NCBI GenBank assembly: GCA_963614595.1
Contig: CAVECL010000001.1
Span: 60,407 to 124,406 of the forward strand
DNA: 64,000 nt
Source: Parasutterella excrementihominis
GTDB lineage: Bacteria > Bacillota_I > Bacilli_A > RFN20 > CAG-826
Reading direction: 5' to 3'
Shown here: positions 38,081 through 49,113 of the stretch, in pieces
Layout of the letters: every line of letters starts with the position of its first letter
Numbering within the stretch: the first letter of the stretch is position 1
The notes under the pieces: model-generated
What the model saw: only the letters and a program-made list of their open reading frames with translations
Database searches by the model: none
Told to the model about the DNA's origin: nothing
Position numbers and translations under genes: made by a program

Positions 38081-39343
38081 TTAATCAATCGCAGGCTTTT
38101 TCACAATCAACTTCGAGACGTGATATTCCGAGAAGTTCCTGCGGTAGCGTGGGACATAGATTATCTTGCCGTCTTTGTTCAAGAAAACGGGCCAGATTTC
38201 GCGGATGTCAATCGGCATGTTCCACATCGAATAAAGCTTGCGAACTGGCTCGACATAACCGTGGACTTTTGCGATGTCAGACTGCAAGGCATTACGGATT
38301 GTCAAAGGATAATCCTCAGCGGAAATTCCTCTATCCTCCGCGCCCATGGAGAAGTCGATCGAAAATTCGTCGACATCCAATTTTCCCGGAGCTTCAAGGG
38401 TATAGGAGTAACGGATGACGTTGATGTTCTTCTCTAGCGTCAATACATCGTAGTCCTTGACCAAAGAGAAACCGTCTTTCAAGGGATAAACGGCGTTCGT
38501 GGTCACATCAAGGCAGAAGGAGCGAATGGCGTCGAAGTCCTTCGGGGTCAAAGTGACGGTCGGAACCTTTTGAACGAACTTAATGAGAGCGGCAGCGAAA
38601 TCGTCTTTCGACAAGGCGATCAAAGGCCGAATTTCCAGTTCGCCGGCTTCTTCGTCGTCGTTTTTAATCGTTTCAACAGACTTAATAAGCCCAAGGTTCT
38701 CATCCGCCTCTTTCATCATCTGAGAAAGGATGTTCTCCCGTTCAATTTCATTCATTTTCGATACACGATCCTTGCGAATCGCGGAACGAGTCGTCTGATC
38801 GAGAGCGTGTTCGGTGCCCGGATTGAAAGGGACATTATTCTCGAGGTTATAGTCCAAAAGATCTTGTTTCGTGTATTCGAGGACCGGGCGGATGATGAGC
38901 ATCCCATTCAGCGTGCTGACCTTGCTATAGCTGACGCTGTTCCCCTTCTTCTTGTGATCAAGCGCCTTAAGGTAAGCTTCGATCATGTCGTCTTGAACAT
39001 GGGCAAGCAAAAGGGCCGAAGCGTTATATTCATCGTAAAGTTTTTTGTACCAGCCGTAGCGCATCCGTTTGGCCCAATCGTGGAAGGTTTCGCCTAAATG
39101 GAGTTGCTCGTCCTGAGGTAAGGTCGTTGTATCCAAAAGCCTGAAAATGAGTCCTTTTTCCTTGCAATAGTCCTCTAATTTAGTCATATCCTCCGTTGAG
39201 AAGTCAAACTTGTGATAATCGATTGCTCCCACGATTGGCTTAACGCCCTCCTTCTGAAGCATATCGAGCATCGCCATGGAATCAGAGCCATAGCTTACTG
39301 CTGCAATGTAATTTGCCTTGGGGTCAAATTTGAATTCAAGCAT
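38081..39343 (-). CDS. tilS: tRNA(Ile)-lysidine synthetase
   Basis: N-terminal PP-loop variant VSYGSDSMAML (SGGxDS-type). Length 420 aa. Conserved position immediately upstream of ftsH. Confidence 0.7.
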   Translation of the reverse strand: MLEFKFDPKANYIAAVSYGSDSMAMLDMLQKEGVKPIVGAIDYHKFDFSTEDMTKLEDYCKEKGLIFRLLDTTTLPQDEQLHLGETFHDWAKRMRYGWYKKLYDEYNASALLLAHVQDDMIEAYLKALDHKKKGNSVSYSKVSTLNGMLIIRPVLEYTKQDLLDYNLENNVPFNPGTEHALDQTTRSAIRKDRVSKMNEIERENILSQMMKEADENLGLIKSVETIKNDDEEAGELEIRPLIALSKDDFAAALIKFVQKVPTVTLTPKDFDAIRSFCLDVTTNAVYPLKDGFSLVKDYDVLTLEKNINVIRYSYTLEAPGKLDVDEFSIDFSMGAEDRGISAEDYPLTIRNALQSDIAKVHGYVEPVRKLYSMWNMPIDIREIWPVFLNKDGKIIYVPRYRRNFSEYHVSKLIVKKPAID

Positions 39344-39608
39344 GAGTCGTTCCTCCTATCGATTCATCGGAAATAATTTCGTATAAACTGGCGGCATCGC
39401 TTTTTGAGGCGAATGGGCGAATTTCCTTGATTGCCACGATTACCTTTCTTCTTCCTAGCAAAAGAACCAAAGTATCGCCCGGCAGGATTTCGCTCGACGG
39501 CTTCGCCTGTTTGCCGTTGAGAAGGACATCCCCGTCATCGCAAAGTTTTTTAGCGACTTCTCTTCGAAGCACGAGCCGAGAAACTTTAAGGAACTTGTCA
39601 ATTCTCAC
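39336..39608 (-). CDS. S4-domain RNA-binding protein (YabO/Hsp15-like)
   Basis: MRIDKFLKVSRL...R..A..L...G.V.LNG. 90 aa. Conserved position downstream of mfd. Confidence 0.7.
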   Translation of the reverse strand: MRIDKFLKVSRLVLRREVAKKLCDDGDVLLNGKQAKPSSEILPGDTLVLLLGRRKVIVAIKEIRPFASKSDAASLYEIISDESIGGTTHA

Positions 39609-39641
39609 GTGGCTAATCCTATCACAAATCCCTTTTAGGGA

Positions 39642-42600
39642 TTAGTCACACAATCCATGTTTCACAGCAAGTTGATGGATGATGGTCATAATGTGCTCTA
39701 AATCATCAAGCCACTTCTCTCGCTTCGTCAAAATAAGCCTCAGTTTTTTCTGCAGATAGGACATCCTGAAAATCTCAAGATAACCGCTCAAGGCGTTAAA
39801 AAGTTCATATCCCATTCCGTCTTTTGACGAAAAGAGATCAGACAGATATAAATCCACCATCTTTCCGTTTTCGTCAAGTGACTCAAATTCAGGAGAATTC
39901 AAAAGGATGTCAATACGCTTCTTTTGGATAAGCAAGGCAACTTCTGCGGGGATTTTGCCATAAATGTCCTTCATTTTTCCCGTCCAAGCATCAAGATCTT
40001 TCTTTGTTTCGACATCATCCAATTCCTGGTAAAGCTCAATCTTGTCAGCGTCGTTAGCGTATTGCCGAGGGATATAAGCATCGATGTTGAAAAGCTTACG
40101 CGAGGTTCTTTCTTTTGGCTTGATGCCCTTGGTTTTCTCATCCACCGCTTCATTGAGCATCTTCAAATACAAATCCAAGCCAACCGAGTCAATGAAGCCG
40201 GCTTGTTCTGGCCCCAGGATGTCCCCCGCTCCGCGGATCATCAAATCGCGCTGAGCAATTTTGTACCCGCTCCCCAATTCGGTGAACTCCTGAATAGCTT
40301 TAAGCCTCTTAGAGGCGTCTTCGTTCATGTTTTTTGATGGCTTATACATCAAATAGGCATATGCGATTCGATTGCCGCGTCCGACGCGACCCTTGATTTG
40401 GTAAAGCTGAGCCAAGCCAAAACGATCTGCGTCTTCAACAATAATCATGTTTGCGTTTGGAACGTCGATTCCGTTCTCCACAATGGAAGTGCAGACCAAA
40501 ACATTGATCTCGCCATCATAAAACTGGGTCATTACGTCCTCGGACTCTTGACGGTCCATTTGCCCGTGGACCACTCCGACTTTGGCAAAAGGAATCCTTT
40601 TCGCCATCTTCGTCGCAACGTTATAAATCGTCTCGACGTTATTATGGACGTAGAATACCTGCCCGCCACGTGCAAGCTCCTTCTCAACCAACTCATCCGC
40701 AACGTCCTGCTTAAATGGAGTGACATAGGTTTGTATCGGCATGCGGCTAGGAGGCGCGGTGTTTATTTCCGAAATCGGGCGGATACCAACCAAGGACATT
40801 TGAAGAGTCCTAGGAATCGGAGTAGCGGAAAGAGTGAGGACGTCTACGTCTTTTTTCAGCTCTTTTATCTTTTCTTTCTGCTCAACGCCAAATCGTTGTT
40901 CCTCATCGATTATGAGTAGCCCGAGATCTTTGTAGACGATGTTTTTGGAAAGCAGTCGGTGAGTGCCGATTACGAAGTCAACGCTTCCATCGGCCAAACC
41001 ATTAATCGTTTTCTTTTGCTCTTCTGAGGAAACAAGGCGGGACAGCAGCCCCAAACGAACGCCGAAAGAAGCGAAACGATTTTGGGCAACCTCAAAATGC
41101 TGCCTGGCTAGAAGCGTAGTCGGGACCAGCATCGCGACCTGCTTCCCCGAATCAATGGCTTTAAAAGCCGCGCGGAAAGCAATTTCCGTCTTGCCGAAGC
41201 CAACATCCCCGCAGACAAGCCTATCCATGATTTCAGGAGATTCCATGTCCTGCTTAATCTCATCCGCGACCTTTTGCTGGTCAGGGGTTAATTCGTAAGG
41301 GAATTCATCTTCGAATTGTCTTTGCAAGTCATCATCTTCAGCGAAAGAAAAGCCGCGAAGTTTTGCTCTTGCGCCATATAACGCAATTAGCCGTTCCGCC
41401 AATTTATCAATCTTTTCCTGAATCCTTCCCTTCTGTTTTTTCCAATCGCCGCTTGAAAGACGGCTAAGCCTTGGGGCGGCGCCTTCTCTCCCCGCATATT
41501 TCCTAACGAGCCTGAATTGCTCAAGAGGCACATATAGAGACTCGTTGCCAGCATATGCGATATGAAGAAAATCGCGGTGGATGCCATCAACTTCTATGGT
41601 TTCAACGCCTAAAAACTGGCCGATACCATTATGCTCATGAACAACGTAATCTCCTTGTCTCAGATCTTCATAACTCCGCAAAACCTGGGAATTTTTAAAT
41701 CTTGCGGTGAATCTTGTATTAACGGAACGATGGCCGAACAGTTCCGCGCTCGTCAAACAGGCAACCTTTAAAGCTGGGATTTCAAAACCTTCAGCTACGG
41801 GCCTGCTCGTTAGTCCAATCTTCGTCCCGGAGGGCAAAGAAAGGCCTTCCACTTCCTCATAAGAAAGCTCAGCGTCATTCAAAAAAGAAACAATCGTCGC
41901 TCTTTGGTGAGGGTCAGGAAGGGAAATCAAAAGGGAGTCGTTGTCGTTTAGATAATTTTTAATGAGCTGAATAACATAAGCCAAATTGCGAGATGGCACG
42001 TTAATAGGACGAACCAAGAACTCTTGCGCGTCGCTAGAATCGGCAAAAGAAGAGCCGTACACCACATTTCGTTTTTCGCCAAACGCCTTGTCAGGACTCA
42101 TATACAAACTAAGCCGAGAGAGGTTCAGCCCTTTTAAGAACGACTCCGACAAATAATCCGATGCCTCCTGATAAAGCTGATTCGTAGCCTTTTGGAAGGT
42201 TTCTTTATTCGCGACAAAAACAAGGTCCGGATTGAAATATTCAAGAACGGAATGAGCCTCGCCAAGAGCAAAGCCATAGTAACGATAGAGCTCATTTCGA
42301 TAATTTTTGGAGATGAAGTTTTCAAGAGCGATCGGGAAATTCTGCTGAAGCATTTCGGCGGATTCCGGCTTAAGCAAGAGGCAATCCTTTTGCAGACGTT
42401 CCTTTCCTCTTTTGGCGAAGGAAGTCAGTTCGTCGTCATTTAAGAAAAGGTCGCTAGCAGGGAGAACGGAAACTTCTTCCACCTTCCTATTGGACTCTTG
42501 CGACCTAGGATTGAAAAAGCGGATCGATTCAATTTCATCCCCAAAAAATTCAAGCCGAACGGGATCCAAATAAGAGACGGAATAGATATCCAAAATATCG

Positions 42601-43121
42601 CCGCGCGAGGCGAACTGCAAGCTCTTCTCAACATGAGAAGTGCCTTGATAGCCAATATCTACGAGTTTCTCTTTTAACGTAGGCAAGTCATAAGAATCGC
42701 CGACTTTAAAACGAAGCGTTTCTTCTTGAAAGCGTTTGGGGGAGGGCAAATAACGAAGCAAGGCAGAAGGGTGGCTTATCAATATCTTCGGGCCCGGCTT
42801 GCCAAGTTGGCCAAGCGCGTAAAGCCTTTGAGAAAGAAGTTCCCTAGAAGAAGAGAGAGCCTCGGCCCTCAATAGCTCATCGTTAGGAAAGAAAACGATT
42901 TGGTCTTCCTCGGCAAAATTCAAAAGAAATTCATAAAGTTTTTGCGCGTTATATTGGTTAGAACAAATAATCGCGTAATTCCCAGGTCTTTTTTTGAAAA
43001 TTGCCGCAAAAGCCAGCCCAACGCCTAATACCTCATCGATTACAAAAGACCCCTTTTTATTTAAAAGGGGGGTGGTGAAATTTAAATCGTAAATCTTTGA
43101 TAGAAGATCACTCTGATCCAT
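39642..43121 (-). CDS. mfd: transcription-repair coupling factor
   Basis: 1159 aa. UvrB-homology N-terminus, RNAP-interacting domain, superfamily-2 helicase motifs ([16 protein letters not shown]), and a TRCF C-terminus. Confidence 0.92.
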   Translation of the reverse strand: MDQSDLLSKIYDLNFTTPLLNKKGSFVIDEVLGVGLAFAAIFKKRPGNYAIICSNQYNAQKLYEFLLNFAEEDQIVFFPNDELLRAEALSSSRELLSQRLYALGQLGKPGPKILISHPSALLRYLPSPKRFQEETLRFKVGDSYDLPTLKEKLVDIGYQGTSHVEKSLQFASRGDILDIYSVSYLDPVRLEFFGDEIESIRFFNPRSQESNRKVEEVSVLPASDLFLNDDELTSFAKRGKERLQKDCLLLKPESAEMLQQNFPIALENFISKNYRNELYRYYGFALGEAHSVLEYFNPDLVFVANKETFQKATNQLYQEASDYLSESFLKGLNLSRLSLYMSPDKAFGEKRNVVYGSSFADSSDAQEFLVRPINVPSRNLAYVIQLIKNYLNDNDSLLISLPDPHQRATIVSFLNDAELSYEEVEGLSLPSGTKIGLTSRPVAEGFEIPALKVACLTSAELFGHRSVNTRFTARFKNSQVLRSYEDLRQGDYVVHEHNGIGQFLGVETIEVDGIHRDFLHIAYAGNESLYVPLEQFRLVRKYAGREGAAPRLSRLSSGDWKKQKGRIQEKIDKLAERLIALYGARAKLRGFSFAEDDDLQRQFEDEFPYELTPDQQKVADEIKQDMESPEIMDRLVCGDVGFGKTEIAFRAAFKAIDSGKQVAMLVPTTLLARQHFEVAQNRFASFGVRLGLLSRLVSSEEQKKTINGLADGSVDFVIGTHRLLSKNIVYKDLGLLIIDEEQRFGVEQKEKIKELKKDVDVLTLSATPIPRTLQMSLVGIRPISEINTAPPSRMPIQTYVTPFKQDVADELVEKELARGGQVFYVHNNVETIYNVATKMAKRIPFAKVGVVHGQMDRQESEDVMTQFYDGEINVLVCTSIVENGIDVPNANMIIVEDADRFGLAQLYQIKGRVGRGNRIAYAYLMYKPSKNMNEDASKRLKAIQEFTELGSGYKIAQRDLMIRGAGDILGPEQAGFIDSVGLDLYLKMLNEAVDEKTKGIKPKERTSRKLFNIDAYIPRQYANDADKIELYQELDDVETKKDLDAWTGKMKDIYGKIPAEVALLIQKKRIDILLNSPEFESLDENGKMVDLYLSDLFSSKDGMGYELFNALSGYLEIFRMSYLQKKLRLILTKREKWLDDLEHIMTIIHQLAVKHGLCD

Positions 43122-43128
43122 GGCGCCC

Positions 43129-43689
43129 TCACTTATTGTAATGATTCATGGCGTAGGTGAACCCTTTTTGCAAAGCATCGCGGATTGCTTTGGCCGCGTT
43201 CTCGACGCCGGAATCAATAAGCGTTTTCTCTTCGCCGCACGGTTTTCCAAGAACCCAATCAACTCCGGTGTGAGGCGGTTCGCCAATCCCGATGCGGATG
43301 CGAGGAAAGTCTTCGGTTTTTAGATTCGCGATAATGGAACGCATGCCATTATGGGATCCGCTGCTTCCCGAGGGACGGAGGCGAATTTTACCAGGCGGCA
43401 AAGCCATATCATCATAGACAACAATCAAATCGCTCGGCTCAATTTTGTAGTAATCCATCAGGGGGCGAACAAAATCGCCGGAAAGGTTCATGAAGGTTTC
43501 CGGTTTTGCAATGATCAGCGAATCCGGAAAGGCGGGATCTTTCACAATCGAATAAACGCCGTTGAACTTGCTGTGATCGAAATCAGCTTTGCACATCATG
43601 GCAAACCGATCCACCGCCATAAAGCCCATATTATGACGGGTCAATTCGTATTGTTTCCCTGGATTTCCTAAACCGACAACTAGTTTCAT
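43129..43689 (-). CDS. pth: peptidyl-tRNA hydrolase
   Basis: MKLVVGLGNPG..Y..TRHN.G. Confidence 0.92.
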   Translation of the reverse strand: MKLVVGLGNPGKQYELTRHNMGFMAVDRFAMMCKADFDHSKFNGVYSIVKDPAFPDSLIIAKPETFMNLSGDFVRPLMDYYKIEPSDLIVVYDDMALPPGKIRLRPSGSSGSHNGMRSIIANLKTEDFPRIRIGIGEPPHTGVDWVLGKPCGEEKTLIDSGVENAAKAIRDALQKGFTYAMNHYNK

Positions 43690-44225
43690 GCTTGATTTCC
43701 GATGGCGGAAAGCCGATGCAGCACCGAGAGGATTTTGTCAATTCCCTGGGCATCGTAGAATTCCAAAGGATGGTCTTTAAGCGATTCCATCATTTCGCTT
43801 TGACTTTCCAAATTGGGGTCATTTTTCATCTGACGAAGAGAAGTCTTTATGAGGAGGCTATAGGGAAAGCGCAATTTCGAATAATCAAAAGAACCGCGAA
43901 GTTGGTAGAAACGCACGTGATAAATATCCAAAACGTTCGTAGAGATTAGGCTATCCCTAGACTCAGAAGTCGGAAAGTTCATCCCCGAAGCAAAAATCAA
44001 AACATTCTTTTTTTCCATCTCGTCAAAGTGAGACAAAAAATCATCGATGCCTTGAATTTTATTGCCCATGACCCAACCGCCGTAAACAACCGTGTCATAA
44101 TCATCGATGTCCTTCCATTTGTACTTTTTCAAAGGAAAAACGTCACCTTGGACGCCGGCGGCAATGTCTTCCGCATATTTTTTTGTTCCGCCAGTAGCGG
44201 AAGTATAGAGAATGAGAGTTCGCAT
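43686..44225 (-). CDS. flavodoxin-like domain protein
   Basis: LILYTSATGGTKKYAE FMN-phosphate loop. 179 aa. Co-operonic with pth-mfd, with a 4-nt overlap. Confidence 0.55.
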   Translation of the reverse strand: MRTLILYTSATGGTKKYAEDIAAGVQGDVFPLKKYKWKDIDDYDTVVYGGWVMGNKIQGIDDFLSHFDEMEKKNVLIFASGMNFPTSESRDSLISTNVLDIYHVRFYQLRGSFDYSKLRFPYSLLIKTSLRQMKNDPNLESQSEMMESLKDHPLEFYDAQGIDKILSVLHRLSAIGNQA

Positions 44226-44370
44226 AGCGAAAGGATATTACCATAGGTAATAAAAATGAGTGATTTCTTTTTTACGCCAAAACCGGAAATTGGACGTCGC
44301 AAGGCATTGAATTATTTTTAATTGACAATTTTCCGCCGTTTTTTACGATACATAAACAAGGAGATTATTT

Positions 44371-44982
44371 ATGCCAAGGACAACAGAGCAAAATAAAGCC
44401 CTAAAGGAAAAAAGAAGGAACCGCCTCTTAAACGTTTCATTGAAGATGTTTGCGATAAAGGGGTATGCGCTGGTAACCACTGACAGCATCAGCAAAGGGG
44501 CGCGAATTTCCCACGGCCTCTTTTACCACTACTTTTCTTCAAAAGACGACGCTTTCCAAGTAACTGTTCGTCATTTCGTCTTGGGTTCAAACAGCCCTTT
44601 CCTAAGCGCCGCAGACATGAAATCTTATCACGGAGTGGACGGTCTTAAGAAATTCTTCGAAATTGCCGATTCCATTCAAACAGGAGATATAGCCAATCTC
44701 TATATGGCGAAGATCGTCTTGGATATTGAAAGAGGGTTGTCCAAAGGGCCAACCATAAAAGAAGTTAAGGATCGCTTTGACTTCCCAGGCACATTCGAAA
44801 GGCTCATTTCAGAAGGTCAAAAGGATGGCGACGTGATAGCGGGCAACCCAAAAGAAATAGCGACAGCCTTCTTCGACCTATTCGCAGGACTCATCGATAG
44901 CTTGCTAGTTTCCGAAGACAAAGCAAAGAAGTCGGTCTCCAAGGACACGCTTCTTGCGATGACACTTAAAAAACCGCTGTGA
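44371..44982 (+). CDS. TetR/AcrR-family transcriptional regulator
   Basis: N-terminal HTH (LLNVSLKMFAIKGYALVTTDSISKGARISHGLFYHYF). Confidence 0.85.
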   Translation: MPRTTEQNKALKEKRRNRLLNVSLKMFAIKGYALVTTDSISKGARISHGLFYHYFSSKDDAFQVTVRHFVLGSNSPFLSAADMKSYHGVDGLKKFFEIADSIQTGDIANLYMAKIVLDIERGLSKGPTIKEVKDRFDFPGTFERLISEGQKDGDVIAGNPKEIATAFFDLFAGLIDSLLVSEDKAKKSVSKDTLLAMTLKKPL

Positions 44983-44991
44983 GGCGGTTTT

Positions 44992-46550
44992 TCATTCGCG
45001 TTTTGAGAAGTGGTAGAGATACTTCAGCTCATCTTTAAGCTTTGGATATAGTTTTAGATAGACGTTCTTATAAAGCTTATCATAGGTTGCTTTTTCTTCG
45101 GGGCGAGGCATGAACTCCTTCGCGGGGTGGACCATCTCTTCCACCGCTTCCTTGGCATTTTTGAATACACCAAGTGAGAGGAAGCCGGAAATAGCCGCGC
45201 CCAAGGAAGAGTTTTCGTTTGTCTGCACCTTGACTACTTTTTTCCCAAAGATGTCCGCTGCAATCTGACAAACCTCGTCTGAATTGGATCCGCCACCAGA
45301 AACGCGAATTTCCGTGAATTTTGTTTGAAGCAATTTTTCGAACCGCTCCATGCCGAAGCGAAGCTCATAATCGATGCCTTCCAAAATAGCGCGATAAACA
45401 TGGAATCGCGTGGTCATGTCCGAGAAACCAATGATCGTTCCACGAACTTCAGGCTTTTCCAGCTCAGAACCCCAATAAGGTTGGAGAATTAAGCCATCAC
45501 ATCCGGGAGGCACATCCTTGAGATGCTCATTGAAGACATTTGGGGTCAGTTCATCAGACATCATTTCTTTTATCTGCGTGGCGCCAAATTCTTTTAGGAA
45601 CCAGTTAAGCATCCAATATCCACGATAAATTTGAAGATCCAAGTTGTAGCATTCAGGCAAGACGGAAGGATAAGCAGGAAGGAAAGGAAAAGGTGAAATG
45701 TATTTCTTAGTAAGGGCCTCGATCGTGCAAGCCGTTCCAAAAGAAACGGAAGCAACGGATCCGTCAACCACGCCTGTTCCTAGGGTTTCGCAGGATTTAT
45801 CGCTTCCCGCGGCAAACACAGGTATGCCGGCAGGCAAGCCAAGTAAAGAGGCAGCTTCGTTCGTCAGCTCACCAATTTTACTTTGGCTAGGAACCAATTC
45901 GCAGAGCTGATCTTTCCGAATGGAGAAGATGCGACCTTGAAAATGCTTCATCGGATCGGGGTACCAAGCTTTTTTGGAGTAGTTGATCGGATAATGACCC
46001 GTGAAATCTGAGGGACAATCCCTAAGCATGCCGGTTAGACGGTAAAGGAAATACGTGGAAACTGCGACGTATTTATCTGTTTTAGCCCAATTTTCAGGCT
46101 CATTTTCGATGACCCAGTTCGCAACAGTCCTGATTCGGTTTAAGTGAATCGTTTCAGTTTTGCCAACAAGGGCGAATAAAAAACGAGAGGACCAAGGAAG
46201 AGGCTCTTTGCACTTAGCCGTGCGCTGATCAAGCCAAAGAATCATCGGACGAACAGGACGACGGTCTCTATCTAGCAAAACGGCGGAATCGCGGAAGCAG
46301 GTTTGCGTAATGCCGGCAATAAAAGGAACCAAGTTAGCATTTTTGGCAGTCAAGCGTTTGACAGCTTTGCTCAAGCATTCGAAGTAATAATCAGGATCTT
46401 GCTCAGCCCAACCCGGCTTAGGGGAAACGTAAGCAGGGTCATAGCTTTCCTTTTCGCCAGCAAGAAGGTTGCCTTTTCTGTCGAATATACAAGCGCGGAC
46501 GGATTGGGTACCAAAGTCCAGAGTGAGAATTAAAGCGGAATTATCATCCA
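44992..46550 (-). CDS. FGGY-family carbohydrate kinase (specificity unknown)
   Basis: The N-terminal LTLDFGTQSVRA and the second actin-fold GGG motif VSGGGS place it in the FGGY family. Start at the Met with an AAAGGA Shine-Dalgarno upstream; the ORF extends to 46611. Confidence 0.8.
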
Positions 46551-46825
46551 TGGTCATTCCTTTTTCCGTCGTAAATGATACACCATGGGAAAATAAGGCG
46601 CATTCCATCAAAATTCAACAAAATAAGAAAATTGATGAGAAATTTGTCAATTAACGAGGTGGTTATAACGTTATTCGCCATTTTAGTCGGAAACAAGATT
46701 TCTTCCAGTTCAAGATTTCAATTTAGTGAATTTGCGCGTTCTTTTCGTAGAAAAGGGGCTTAGAAAGTCTTTTTGTTGCCCAACTTTCAGCGCGACTCTA
46801 CAATTACCCCGAAAAGAGCGAAAAA

Positions 46826-47806
46826 ATGATTATCTCAAGAGCACCATTCCGCGTTTCCTTCTGTGGAGGAGGAAGCGATATACCTTCATTCTACGAAAAA
46901 TATACAGGTTGCGTTTTGTCGACCACCATCCGCAAATATGTTTATCTCACAATAAACAAAGCATTCAACAAGGATTCGGTGACGCTAAAGTACTCGCAAA
47001 CAGAAGTCGTAGACGATTTATCCCAGATACAGCATCGTATTTTCAAACAAGTATTATGCGATTTCGGGACAAAAGGGGTCGAGATTACATCGATGGCCGA
47101 CATACCGGCCGGAACAGGACTTGGCTCATCAAGTTCGTTCACTGTCGCTCTTTTAAAGGCTCTTTACGCTTATAACTCCCATTCAGTTTCGGCTTATAAA
47201 GTGGCCAAAGAAGCCTGCGATGTGGAAATCAATCAATTAGGCAACCCAATTGGAAAGCAAGATCAGTTCGCAGCTGCCTTCGGGGGCCTCCGTTATTATG
47301 AATTTGAACCCGACGGATTCGTTAAAGTTGAGCCCATTATAATGAATAAATCGGCGCGCAATCATTTGGAATCTTCCATGATGCTGTTCTACACGGGCGC
47401 CTTGCACGACGCGAATAAAATTCTCGGCGAGGAAACTAAGAACTTGGCTTCTGCAAACGAAAAAATTAACGCCACCAAAACTCTTTGCCAAATGACGAGG
47501 GATTTAAAAACGAGCTTAGAAAACAATGACGTAGACGCCATTGGCCCTTGTCTTAAAAGAGGCTGGGAAATTAAGAAAAGCCTTGCGTCTGGAATTACAA
47601 GTCCGCTTATCGACCGTTGCTACGAGTTAGGAATTGAAGCGGGCGCGACGGGTGGCAAGCTTCTAGGCGCAGGCGGCGGCGGGTTTTTACTCTTTTATGT
47701 CCCGGATTCATCAAAAAGGACGCAAATCCGCGCCGCTTTACACGATTTAAAGGAAATGCCGTTCGAATTAGATCAATCGGGCGTGAGCATCGTATACACA
47801 GAATGA
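46826..47806 (+). CDS. hddA: D-glycero-alpha-D-manno-heptose 7-phosphate kinase (GHMP kinase)
   Basis: GHMP motif PAGTGLGSSSSF and the N-terminal MIISRAPFRVSFCGGGSD typical of HddA. Confidence 0.75.
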   Translation: MIISRAPFRVSFCGGGSDIPSFYEKYTGCVLSTTIRKYVYLTINKAFNKDSVTLKYSQTEVVDDLSQIQHRIFKQVLCDFGTKGVEITSMADIPAGTGLGSSSSFTVALLKALYAYNSHSVSAYKVAKEACDVEINQLGNPIGKQDQFAAAFGGLRYYEFEPDGFVKVEPIIMNKSARNHLESSMMLFYTGALHDANKILGEETKNLASANEKINATKTLCQMTRDLKTSLENNDVDAIGPCLKRGWEIKKSLASGITSPLIDRCYELGIEAGATGGKLLGAGGGGFLLFYVPDSSKRTQIRAALHDLKEMPFELDQSGVSIVYTE

Positions 47807-49110
47807 TCGCTTTAATTCAAGCCGGCGGAGCCGGCACAAGATTGAAATCAATTACAGGCGACTTGCCAAAACCAATGGTGAAAATCTGCGGCAAGCCGAT
47901 TTTGCAATGGCAAATCGAATCCATGGTATCGTCCGGGATAAAAAAATTTATCCTGGTGGTTTCAAAGAAAACGACCGCCGTCCAAGATTATTTTGGCAGC
48001 GGGAAAAAATTCGGTTGCGAAATCGATTATATTGTTGAAAACACCCCTCTGGGATCAGGCGGCGCTTTAGCATTGGTGGCGCGCAAAATCAAAAGCGATT
48101 TCATTCTTTGCTTCGGGGATTTAATGCTCGATGTAGATTGGGGAAAATTCGTGAATTTCCACAAGAAAAGCGGAGCAATCATCACGGCTTTTTCACATCC
48201 GAATTCACACCCTTACGATTCCGACGTCCTAATCACGAACGAGAGAGGAAAAATCATCAACATACTCTCGAAAAATCAGAAACGAGACTTCTTTTACGCC
48301 AACCTGACCAACGCCGGGGTCTATTGCGTTTCCTCAACGCTTTTGGAAACTTTCGGCGACGATGAACCTATCAAAATGGACTTCGAGAAAGATCTTTTGA
48401 TCCCGACGATTGCCTGTGAAGGAGCTTACGCGTATCGAAGCTCCGAGTACGTAAAAGACGCCGGAACTCCAGATAGGTTCGAATCCGTCATCGAAGATTG
48501 TCAAAAGGGAATTATCTCCGCAAAATGTTTAAAAAATCCGCAAAAAGCCATTTTTTTAGACAGGGACGGAACCATAAACGTCTTTGGGAATTTCGTAACA
48601 AACTCTTCAATGCTGAAGCTTATGCCCCAAGCTCCATCAGCCATTAAGCAGATAAACAAATCAGCATATTTGGCAATTTGCATTACCAATCAACCGGTTG
48701 TTGCTCGTGGAGAAACCACCTTTGAAGGTCTACATGAAATTCATTGTAAGATGGAAGACTTGTTAGGCAACGAAGGCGCTTATCTAGACGACATCTATTT
48801 CTGCCCCCACCACCCTGATAAAGGTTTTCCAGGCGAGGTAGCAAATTTAAAAATTCAATGTGACTGCAGGAAGCCAAAAATTGGCATGTTGCTTAAAGCA
48901 AAAGCAAAATATAACATCGATTTTTCAAAGTCGTGGTTTATCGGCGATACATGCCAAGACGTTCAAACCGGCATCAATGCGGGGTGTAAAACAATCCTGC
49001 TTTTAGGAGGCGATCCCCGCCCATACGCAAAGTACGGGGACGCCAAACCCGATTTTGTGTGCAACACAATTGATGAGGCGGTTAAATATATTCTCGACAA
49101 GGAGCAATGA
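47803..49110 (+). CDS. bifunctional D-glycero-alpha-D-manno-heptose 1-phosphate guanylyltransferase / D,D-heptose 1,7-bisphosphate phosphatase (HddC-GmhB fusion)
   Basis: N-terminal nucleotidyltransferase signature LIQAGGAGTRL. The C-terminal HAD part has motif I FLDRDGTIN, the GmhB loop CDCRKPKIGM, and motif IV FIGDTCQDVQTG. Confidence 0.8.
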   Translation: MIALIQAGGAGTRLKSITGDLPKPMVKICGKPILQWQIESMVSSGIKKFILVVSKKTTAVQDYFGSGKKFGCEIDYIVENTPLGSGGALALVARKIKSDFILCFGDLMLDVDWGKFVNFHKKSGAIITAFSHPNSHPYDSDVLITNERGKIINILSKNQKRDFFYANLTNAGVYCVSSTLLETFGDDEPIKMDFEKDLLIPTIACEGAYAYRSSEYVKDAGTPDRFESVIEDCQKGIISAKCLKNPQKAIFLDRDGTINVFGNFVTNSSMLKLMPQAPSAIKQINKSAYLAICITNQPVVARGETTFEGLHEIHCKMEDLLGNEGAYLDDIYFCPHHPDKGFPGEVANLKIQCDCRKPKIGMLLKAKAKYNIDFSKSWFIGDTCQDVQTGINAGCKTILLLGGDPRPYAKYGDAKPDFVCNTIDEAVKYILDKEQ

Positions 49111-49113
49111 TTT

